Shown in pieces: positions 1 through 5,377 of a stretch of DNA of 6,542 bases. Within the stretch, counting starts at the first letter, position 1; the number at the start of each line of letters is the position of its first letter. Both the position numbers and the translations under genes were made by a program. The notes under the pieces were generated by a model that saw only the letters and a list, made by a program, of their open reading frames with translations, ran no database searches and was not told the origin of the DNA. This DNA comes from Candidatus Iainarchaeum sp. (GTDB lineage: Archaea; Iainarchaeota; Iainarchaeia; Iainarchaeales; 0-14-0-20-30-16), in NCBI GenBank assembly GCA_903916665.1, contig CAIWXP010000125.1:1-6542 (forward strand), given 5' to 3'.

Positions 1-3000
1 GATCCACCATCTTTAATTAATAAACTTTGTATATTAAAATCACAATTTTTTATTGTTACTTCATTAATTTTTGCACTGCCAAAAAAGAATACAGAAATAA
101 TATTTGACAAGTATACTTTGTGATAATTACAATCTATTGTTATATTTTGATCTACACCTGCATTTTCATCAGTAAAACTTAAACCATAATAAAATCCACT
201 AACACTATTAACATCATCTGTTAAATAAATTGTTGAACCTAAATCTGCTTCTGTTAAAGTATTTACATAATCAATTGAATTTGCATTTGTTAATGCTAAA
301 TAATCATAGTAATTTTTATCGGAACCTAAAATAGTTATTGGATTATCACATATTCCTGAAGGTGATTTATCATCAAGAGTACATATTAAATTACCATCTT
401 GCCCATACCAAACGTTTCCACCAATATTCTCAGAAAAATCATTGAAACCCAATAGTGCTCTTTCATTAATATCTTTTGTTAAAACATCATTAAAGTTTAA
501 ATTAACATCATGGTTAATATCGTTATAGGCCACAACAGTTATAAAATTACTATCTTGATTAAAATCTCTAAATATGTTATTATATATTGTTCCAGAATTA
601 ATATCTATTGCACCCATTAATAAAGGAAAATTAGTATCTGAATTTGTTAATACTAAATTTGCAATTATTCCAGAACCATAAAATAAAGCTTCATGATTAT
701 CATTGTATGCGTCTGCTTTAAAACCATTGATATTTAAATTATTAAAATTAGGATTAAAAAATATTACATTATCAGTAATAATATCATTATTTAAAAAATT
801 CATATTAATATCCAAATTAGACACAAAATTAAAAAATATCCACCCAAAGTTAAAAACATTGGAATCATTCAAATTAAAATTGCTAACTGTATTTAAAAAA
901 GCAAATATTACCCCACTATTATTATTAATATCCAATCCCAAGATTATTAAATTATTTAAATTTCCTGCATTCGCCAAAAATAATGCTGCTTTTCCACCAT
1001 TTAAATTACTATCTAAGTAAATTTTTGTATTGTTAAAATTTAAATTTAAATCACCATTAGAATAATTTCCAAAAAAAGCACCATTATTCACATCTATACT
1101 AGAATTATTAAATATAAAATTATTTATGTTTGAATCCGAACTTTTAATAAAACCATCAAAATTCATTCCATTTGAATCTAATTTTAAATCTAAATTCAAA
1201 TCATCAAATTGCAAATAGTTTGCATTTACATTATTAAAATCAAATTTCAAATAACTATCTTGAGGAAAAATAGTTCTGTAAGTATCTGGATTGTCCTGTG
1301 AAATTGCCCAATTATTTGGTATATCATCAGACCAGTTCTCAAAACTAGGATTTAATATTATATTATTATAATTCATTGTTGAATAGGTATTTATATCATC
1401 TAAATAAACTTCACTCCCTGTACTTAAAAAAATTATATCCACATTTGTACTATTATTAACTGTTATAGATGGAATAATTATTTGTGATGAATAATTTGAT
1501 GCAATTCCCAGAGCAGATATATTATTATTACTAGGAATATTTGTCATATCCCAAGAATGCATATTAAAATTGTAATAATAATTATATAACCCATCAAAAA
1601 AATGATACATTAGTCCCAAATTATATGAATGATTACTATTATTTGAACCAGTTTTTGCATAGAAAGTAGTCGTATAGCTTTGATATGAATTCATATATAC
1701 TGTTTGTGTAATACTTGCATTACCATCTGGGTTTGTATTATGGAATTGTAATGCAGAACTACCTGTATTTGCGTTGGTTGATTGTAAAATACTTGGACTA
1801 CTATGATCTCCTGTGTGATCTCCAAACAGATTAGAAAAAAATGCAGTATTTATTAAATTCAAATTACTATCTTTAAAATTAATATGATTATAATCTGATG
1901 CCCCAACAACAATAGGATAGAATGATTCACTGCTATTTAAATCTAAATTTGATATGGTTAAAACATTTGAGTCACCCATATTCAAAAATGGAAGTCCATT
2001 ATTATCATAAAAATTTGAACCAAAAAAATTCAAATCTAGGTTATTTACTTGGAACAAAGAAAACATTCCATTATTATTTAAAACAATATTTGAATCAAAA
2101 ATATTTAATTTATTTAAATCTGCAAAAATAATAAATCCTAGTGAAATATTTACACCATCAAGATTTAAATCAGCATTTGAAATTTCAAAATTACAATTTC
2201 TAAATGTTAATGTATCCATTGCAAAACCAGTTTCAAAAAAACCAGTGAAAGAATTTGAATCTAAATTAATGTTATGATAATTACAATCTATAGTCATATT
2301 TTGACCTATACCTGCATTTTCATCAGCAAAATTCAAATCTAAATATATTCCATTATTTATATTTGAAATATCTGAATTCAAATCATAGATACCATTAATG
2401 TATGATTCATCTATATGATTAATTGCTGGTGGCGGACCAGCTGGTGGCGGACCAGCTGGTGGCGGACCACCTTTTCCATTATCACTAAAAGTTTGCCATT
2501 GCAAATAGGGATAACCATTATTATAATGAGAATCAATATTCCAAATATGATCATCCCAGCCAGCATCTAAAAAAGTTGAAAAATTTGTCATTTCTTCTGT
2601 TGTTTTGGGTGTTCCTTTTCCAGTATTATCGCTTTGACCAGAAGTATTTCTATCATAAAAAGAATTTGTTACTGTTCCAGTATTTATTCCTATTAATCCC
2701 CCATTATGGCTACCACCATTTGTTAGTAAACTTCCTGCAGAATAAGAATTATAAACATTACCTGTATTTGCACCAACTAAACCACCAATATAATCTAAAT
2801 TGCCCCAAACAGAATTAATAGCATAGGAATTATTTATATCGCTATGATTAAATCCAACCAAACCACCAATATAACTACTTAATGAATGTGAATTACAAAG
2901 AGAATAGGAACTTAAAATATTACCATAGCTTTCTCCAACCAACCCTCCAATATCTAAATTTCCAATAATTTGACCTGTCGAATAATTATTTGAAATAGTA

Positions 3001-3440
3001 GTATAATTATCTAAATGACCTATCAATGCACCTACATAGTTATGCCCAGTTATATTTACATCTATTAGTCCTAAATTTCTAATTGTTGCATTATGCGTAT
3101 ATCCAACTAAACCAACATAATCTTGAGTTGATCTATTGATATATAAATTACTTATTGTGTGACCATTACCATCAAATAAACCAGAAAAAGAATTAATATC
3201 ATTTCCAATAGGTGTAAATCCTTTTCCACCATCCCAACTTCGAGTAATATTACAATCAACATCATTTGCTAAAATATAGCTTGCAGATAAATTTTCCTGA
3301 ACCGCATTCAAATCATGACAACCCATAATTTGGTAGGGACTTCCTGATGAACCATCTCCACCACCAAAGGATGCAAAACTAAAACTTAAACAGAAAACTG
3401 TTAAAACAAAGAAAATCAAAAAACTATTTATAAAACGCAA
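1..3440 (-). CDS. Giant secreted surface/adhesin-like protein, N-terminus complete, C-terminus cut by the window edge (at least 1146 codons). Order: signal peptide, GLUG-repeat head, (GPPPA)3 hinge, Asn-rich beta-solenoid-like and jelly-roll-like modules.
   Basis: I checked by hand the minus frame whose codons occupy plus-strand triplets starting at positions divisible by 3. No TTA/CTA/TCA occurs in that register from 3482 down to position 3, so the frame leaves the window open at position 1. That probably explains its absence from the track, which also omits the other edge-truncated ORF. The in-frame upstream stop is at 3483-3485. The first canonical start below it is TTG 3438-3440, 4 nt after AGGTGA. 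The translation starts MRFINSFLIFFVLTVFCLSFSFASFGGGDGSSGSPYQIMGCHDLNAVQENLSASYILANDVDCNITRSWDGGKGFTPIGNDINSFSGLFDGNGHTISNLYINR. It carries six GLUG-type motifs: YVGLVG, YVGALIG, IGGLVG, YIGGLVG (twice) and NGGLIG. Confidence 0.85.
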   Translation of the reverse strand, partial: MRFINSFLIFFVLTVFCLSFSFASFGGGDGSSGSPYQIMGCHDLNAVQENLSASYILANDVDCNITRSWDGGKGFTPIGNDINSFSGLFDGNGHTISNLYINRSTQDYVGLVGYTHNATIRNLGLIDVNITGHNYVGALIGHLDNYTTISNNYSTGQIIGNLDIGGLVGESYGNILSSYSLCNSHSLSSYIGGLVGFNHSDINNSYAINSVWGNLDYIGGLVGANTGNVYNSYSAGSLLTNGGSHNGGLIGINTGTVTNSFYDRNTSGQSDNTGKGTPKTTEEMTNFSTFLDAGWDDHIWNIDSHYNNGYPYLQWQTFSDNGKGGPPPAGPPPAGPPPAINHIDESYINGIYDLNSDISNINNGIYLDLNFADENAGIGQNMTIDCNYHNINLDSNSFTGFFETGFAMDTLTFRNCNFEISNADLNLDGVNISLGFIIFADLNKLNIFDSNIVLNNNGMFSLFQVNNLDLNFFGSNFYDNNGLPFLNMGDSNVLTISNLDLNSSESFYPIVVGASDYNHINFKDSNLNLINTAFFSNLFGDHTGDHSSPSILQSTNANTGSSALQFHNTNPDGNASITQTVYMNSYQSYTTTFYAKTGSNNSNHSYNLGLMYHFFDGLYNYYYNFNMHSWDMTNIPSNNNISALGIASNYSSQIIIPSITVNNSTNVDIIFLSTGSEVYLDDINTYSTMNYNNIILNPSFENWSDDIPNNWAISQDNPDTYRTIFPQDSYLKFDFNNVNANYLQFDDLNLDLKLDSNGMNFDGFIKSSDSNINNFIFNNSSIDVNNGAFFGNYSNGDLNLNFNNTKIYLDSNLNGGKAALFLANAGNLNNLIILGLDINNNSGVIFAFLNTVSNFNLNDSNVFNFGWIFFNFVSNLDINMNFLNNDIITDNVIFFNPNFNNLNINGFKADAYNDNHEALFYGSGIIANLVLTNSDTNFPLLMGAIDINSGTIYNNIFRDFNQDSNFITVVAYNDINHDVNLNFNDVLTKDINERALLGFNDFSENIGGNVWYGQDGNLICTLDDKSPSGICDNPITILGSDKNYYDYLALTNANSIDYVNTLTEADLGSTIYLTDDVNSVSGFYYGLSFTDENAGVDQNITIDCNYHKVYLSNIISVFFFGSAKINEVTIKNCDFNIQSLLIKDGG
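121..179 (-). repeat. Internal dispersed repeat, copy B (module-start motif ...FTDENAGVDQNITIDCNYH...)
   Basis: This is the partner of 2275-2333. Protein similarity continues downstream: TLTFRNCNFEI in module 1 versus EVTIKNCDFNI in module 2. Confidence 0.9.
1386..1800 (-). other. Possible carbohydrate-binding-module-like jelly-roll domain (CBM4_9-like), about 138 aa
   Basis: The segment reads SPSILQSTNANTGSSALQFHNTNPDGNASITQTVYMNSYQSYTTTFYAKTGSNN...NVDIIFLSTGSEVYLDDINTY. It shows the G.sAL.f / ..ItQ.V.....Y...FyAK / ...v.lDDi pattern typical of CBM4_9/galactose-binding-like folds. It is followed directly by ILNPSFENWSDDIPNNWAI, the classic N-terminal NxxFE..W start of another such domain. 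This is motif-level resemblance only. Confidence 0.35.
2275..2333 (-). repeat. Internal dispersed repeat, copy A (module-start motif ...FADENAGIGQNMTIDCNYH...)
   Basis: 53 of 59 nt are identical (hand-aligned, no gaps) to 121-179. The offset is 2154 nt, which is exactly 718 codons and so in frame. Confidence 0.9.
2425..2469 (-). repeat. Perfect 3 x 15-bp tandem repeat (plus strand GCTGGTGGCGGACCA) encoding (GPPPA)3
   Basis: Units 2425-2439, 2440-2454 and 2455-2469 are identical at every base. In the CDS frame they read GGT CCG CCA CCA GCT three times, within KGGPPPAGPPPAGPPPAIN. The repeat is a local GC-rich spike in a very AT-rich gene. Confidence 0.95.
2487..3341 (-). other. GLUG-motif repeat head domain (about 285 aa)
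   Basis: The pattern SPYQI..x..DL..V..NLSASYILANDVD...W.....GF.PIG....F.G.FDGNGHTISNLYINR is followed by repeated x-VGGLVG-x units at about 2688-3122. It ends with GKGTPKTTEEMTNFSTFLDAGWDDHIWNIDSHYNNGYPYLQWQ. This matches my recollection of the GLUG-motif family (Pfam PF07581) and its usual flanks. No HMM was run. Confidence 0.65.
3372..3440 (-). other. Predicted N-terminal signal peptide / membrane anchor of the giant protein
   Basis: MRFINSFLIFFVLTVFCLSFSFA has a basic residue at position 2, an uninterrupted hydrophobic core and a small-residue SFA motif, followed by a Gly/Ser-rich segment (SFGGGDGSSGS). The cleavage site is a guess. Confidence 0.55.
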
Positions 3441-3444
3441 ATCA

Positions 3445-3450
3445 TCACCT
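3445..3450 (-). promoter_or_regulatory. Shine-Dalgarno (AGGTGA) for the giant surface gene
   Basis: The minus strand reads AGGTGATGATTTG. AGGTGAT is complementary to the conserved 16S 3' end (GAUCACCU), with a 4-nt spacer to the TTG. Confidence 0.6.
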
Positions 3451-3489
3451 AAGATATATATATTGTGTGATAAGATTATGATTTACTTA

Positions 3490-3504
3490 TTTATAAATAT
3501 TTCG
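3490..3504 (-). promoter_or_regulatory. Candidate archaeal BRE + TATA box for the surface gene
   Basis: The minus strand reads CGAAATA-TTTATAAA, a purine-rich BRE-like heptamer directly upstream of a TATA octamer at 3490-3497. The octamer centre lies about 53 nt upstream of the TTG. That predicts a TSS near 3467 and a leader of about 27 nt containing the SD. Confidence 0.45.
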
Positions 3505-3546
3505 AAAAAACAAATCAAATAATGTAAAAGATAAGAAGAAAAAATA

Positions 3547-3616
3547 CCACCCAATATTCTGCCATGACAACAGCCTATAGCCATCGAGTATTCTTTCTTT
3601 GGAGTGGACCGCATGC
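3547..3616. ncRNA. GC-rich island: candidate structured RNA element, unclassified, strand unresolved
   Basis: By hand count 34 of 70 nt are G/C, against 9 of 60 in the adjacent 3481-3540. Nested pairings are possible: CCACCC 3547-3552 with GGAGTGG 3601-3607 (one bulge), and AATATTC 3553-3559 with GAGTATT 3586-3592 (one G-U on plus, which is A-C on minus). On the minus strand the outer stem is followed by a T6 run (3539-3544). I recognised no tRNA cloverleaf and no C/D or H/ACA boxes. Confidence 0.3.
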
Positions 3617-3623
3617 ATTTCTC

Positions 3624-3643
3624 TTCTTTGAAAAAAGAAAGGC
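3624..3643 (-). terminator. Candidate terminator directly after the aspS stop (oligo-U tract plus weak hairpin)
   Basis: After the TAA the minus strand reads GCC TTTCTTTTTT CAAAGAAG. TTCTTT (3624-3629) and AAAGAA (3634-3639) can pair around a 4-nt loop. Oligo-T tracts are the usual archaeal termination signal. A second T-rich tract (3533-3544) follows the GC island. Confidence 0.3.
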
Positions 3644-4933
3644 TTATGGAGTTAATCTATCTGGATCTCTTGGAAACAAAACAGCTTCTTTAGTATTATC
3701 TAAATTTGCCATTCTTCCTACTATTCTATCCACACCCATTCCAAAACCACCATGGCTTGGGCAACCATATCTCAAAAGCTTAGAATATTCTTTTAAATCT
3801 TCTAAATTTAATCCTTTTGCCTCTGCCTGTTTCAAAAACAATTCTAATTTGTGCTCTCTTACCGCACCAGTTGTTATTTCTTGACCCTTATACAATAAAT
3901 CAAATGAATTAGTAGTTCGTCCATCTGTATTATAATTATGATAAAATGGTCTACACGAAATAGGATAATCAATTACTAAAACAAAATCCGATTTATCTTT
4001 TTCCAAAAAATGTTTTCCTAAAATTGCTTCTGCTTCAGGATCTAAATCATCATCTAATATTTTCTTACCATATTTTTTATCCAATAATTCCAAAGCATCA
4101 TAGAATTTAATTACTGGAAATCTATTTGGAATATTAAAACTAATATTCATTTCTTTTAATAATTCAGAATCATTTTTTTCTAAATGTGACATAATATATT
4201 TAAACATATTTTCAGTTATGTCAGTAACATCCGATAATTTATTAATAAAAGATAATTCTGCATCCAATCCAGTGAATTCAGTTAGGTGTCTTGTGGTATG
4301 ACTTTTTTCAGCTCTAAATACTGCACCAATTTCATATATTTTTTCAAAACCTGCTGCCTGTAACATTTGTTTATACACCTGCGGACTCTGTGATAAATAG
4401 GCAACTTTACCCATATAATCTACCTTGAATAAAGAAGCACCAGATTCTGCACCTATTGTTGTTATTTTGGGAGTATTTACACTAATAAATCCTTCCTTTT
4501 GAAAATACTCATTTACATAGCCTAATATTTTACTTCTCAAAATAAATATATTCAAATTTTTCCTATGTCTTAAATCCAAAAATCTATTGTCAAATCTTGT
4601 TGAAAATTCTGATTCAATTTTTCCAGACAAATCCAATGGCAAAGGTTCTGCTTTGGTTAAGATTTCTATTTCTTTTGCAACAATTTCAAAACCATTTCTA
4701 GCTTGCTCAGACAATTGTAATAAACCAGAAACATTAACAACACTTTCACAGGTTATTTTTGATAATTCTTCAAACAATTCTGGTGTTTCTTTTTTCTTTG
4801 CAATAATTTGTAAAGTTCCTTGTCTTCTACGTAAAATAATAAATGCTAAATTTCCCAATAGTCTTAACTCTTCAACAAATCCCGATATTGAAACTGTTTT
4901 TCCTGCTTCTTTTTTCAATTCTTCAAATGCCAT
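3644..4933 (-). CDS. aspS: Aspartyl-tRNA synthetase, archaeal/eukaryotic type (class IIb)
   Basis: Complete 429-aa ORF with the N-terminal OB-fold anticodon-binding pattern (VSISGFVEELRLLGNLAFIILRRRQGTLQI). It also has LPLDLSGK...FDNRFLDLR and the Asp-recognition QSPQVYKQ. Motif 2 is FRAEKSHTTRHLTEFTGLDAE and motif 3 is GGFGMGVDRIVGRM, and the C-terminus is VLFPRDPDRLTP. The length and the lack of the bacterial GAD insertion indicate the archaeal type. AGGTGA lies 5 nt upstream of the ATG. Confidence 0.93.
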   Translation of the reverse strand: MAFEELKKEAGKTVSISGFVEELRLLGNLAFIILRRRQGTLQIIAKKKETPELFEELSKITCESVVNVSGLLQLSEQARNGFEIVAKEIEILTKAEPLPLDLSGKIESEFSTRFDNRFLDLRHRKNLNIFILRSKILGYVNEYFQKEGFISVNTPKITTIGAESGASLFKVDYMGKVAYLSQSPQVYKQMLQAAGFEKIYEIGAVFRAEKSHTTRHLTEFTGLDAELSFINKLSDVTDITENMFKYIMSHLEKNDSELLKEMNISFNIPNRFPVIKFYDALELLDKKYGKKILDDDLDPEAEAILGKHFLEKDKSDFVLVIDYPISCRPFYHNYNTDGRTTNSFDLLYKGQEITTGAVREHKLELFLKQAEAKGLNLEDLKEYSKLLRYGCPSHGGFGMGVDRIVGRMANLDNTKEAVLFPRDPDRLTP

Positions 4934-4938
4934 TCAAA

Positions 4939-4944
4939 TCACCT
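4939..4944 (-). promoter_or_regulatory. Shine-Dalgarno (AGGTGA) for aspS
   Basis: The minus strand reads AGGTGATTTGAATG, the same AGGTGAT heptamer as in front of the surface gene. Confidence 0.65.
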
Positions 4945-4969
4945 AAAATTAAATATAATTTTCATAAAG

Positions 4970-5347
4970 TTATCTTGGTTTTCTCAAGCTTTGCAACCAT
5001 GCTTTTGTTTCTCTAGACATTGGTCTTTTACCTTTTTGCCCTCTTGTTAATTCTTGTTTTGGTTTTGGATCTTCTAACTTTCTTATTGGACTAGTTTTAA
5101 CAAATCCTAATGATACTAAAACAATATCTATTTTTGATTGTCTTTCTAATATTGCGTCTCTTTCTTTTTGTGTAGCAACTAACGCATCATAATGTTTTCT
5201 TTTATTATCTGGTTTTCTCGCATTTTTATACAAATCATCTAATTGTAATATTCTTGCAATCAAAAGCATATAATTTTGTCTTAATCTTTCTCGCTCTAAA
5301 ACTAAGGCACTAATTTCTTTTGCATCCATGATAATCATTAACCACAA
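4970..5347 (-). CDS. Hypothetical small protein (119-125 aa) with a predicted helical/coiled-coil N-terminal half and a strongly basic C-terminal tail
   Basis: The ORF is in the supplied track. I recognise no family. The N-terminal half is heptad-like (EISALVLERERLRQNYMLLIARILQLDDLYK; KERDAILERQSKI). The C-terminal tail is TRGQKGKRPMSRETKAWLQSLRKPR. The track start is TTG 5347 (MWLMIIM...). ATG 5338 or ATG 5329 (MDAKEIS...) are at least as plausible. Short gaps of 30 and 36 nt to both neighbours suggest co-transcription. Confidence 0.6.
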   Translation of the reverse strand: MWLMIIMDAKEISALVLERERLRQNYMLLIARILQLDDLYKNARKPDNKRKHYDALVATQKERDAILERQSKIDIVLVSLGFVKTSPIRKLEDPKPKQELTRGQKGKRPMSRETKAWLQSLRKPR

Positions 5348-5363
5348 TATATTATATAATATA
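5348..5363. promoter_or_regulatory. Perfect 16-bp AT-only palindrome TATATTATATAATATA, a possible internal TATA element or operator
   Basis: I verified by hand that the sequence equals its reverse complement. It fills most of the 30-nt gap between the YkgJ-like stop and the small ORF. Its centre lies 26.5 nt upstream of ATG 5329. Confidence 0.35.
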
Positions 5364-5377
5364 CAGTCATAAAAGGT

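Noticed and set aside
1-5. The window begins with GATCC
   Set aside because: It looks like a BamHI/Sau3AI-type fragment or an arbitrary window boundary rather than a biological feature. It matters only because it truncates the giant ORF.
1021-1060. Short AAATTT-type tandem or palindromic runs inside the Asn-rich region
   Set aside because: They are a low-complexity consequence of repeated Asn/Leu/Phe codons (LNLNFNN) in an AT-rich coding sequence. There is no independent structure beyond the coding repeats.
121-2333. Diversity-generating retroelement (template/variable repeat pair), suggested by the Asn (AAY)-rich gene and the 59-nt near-identical repeat
   Set aside because: The six mismatches are not adenine-specific in one direction. 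On the coding strand, A pairs with G or T in both copies, which looks like ordinary divergence. Both copies lie inside the same ORF at homologous module positions, and no reverse transcriptase is visible in the window.
2425-2469. CRISPR-like or phase-variation repeat
   Set aside because: It is a contiguous 15-bp tandem repeat with no spacers, and it is in frame inside a CDS. The unit length is divisible by 3, so slippage cannot cause on/off frameshifting.
703-2818. Track ORFs on the plus strand (703-1020, 1922-2131, 2576-2818)
   Set aside because: All lie antisense to the continuous minus-strand frame of at least 1146 codons. Their K/L/F/I-rich low-complexity translations are the mirror image of the Asn/Asp-rich sense strand (AAT/ATT, AAA/TTT) and show no motifs.
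3547-3616. tRNA or C/D-box sRNA in the GC-rich island
   Set aside because: Neither strand shows a T-loop (GTTCRANYC), a 7-bp acceptor stem or cloverleaf geometry. There is no RUGAUGA...CUGA box pair. The only GTGATGA nearby (3441-3447, minus) is part of the SD/start context, with no D box downstream.
3564-4946. Track ORFs on the plus strand antisense to aspS (3564-3884 and 4587-4946)
   Set aside because: They overlap the strongly supported AspRS frame, including its conserved motif 3 and N-terminal OB fold. They have no recognisable motifs and no RBS or promoter.
4970-5347. GatC-like amidotransferase subunit next to a possibly non-discriminating AspRS
   Set aside because: Size and helical character fit. 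But I see none of the GatC signature (the N-terminal ..V..LA.LARL.L...E pattern) or its acidic character. This protein instead has a highly basic tail. It is left as hypothetical.
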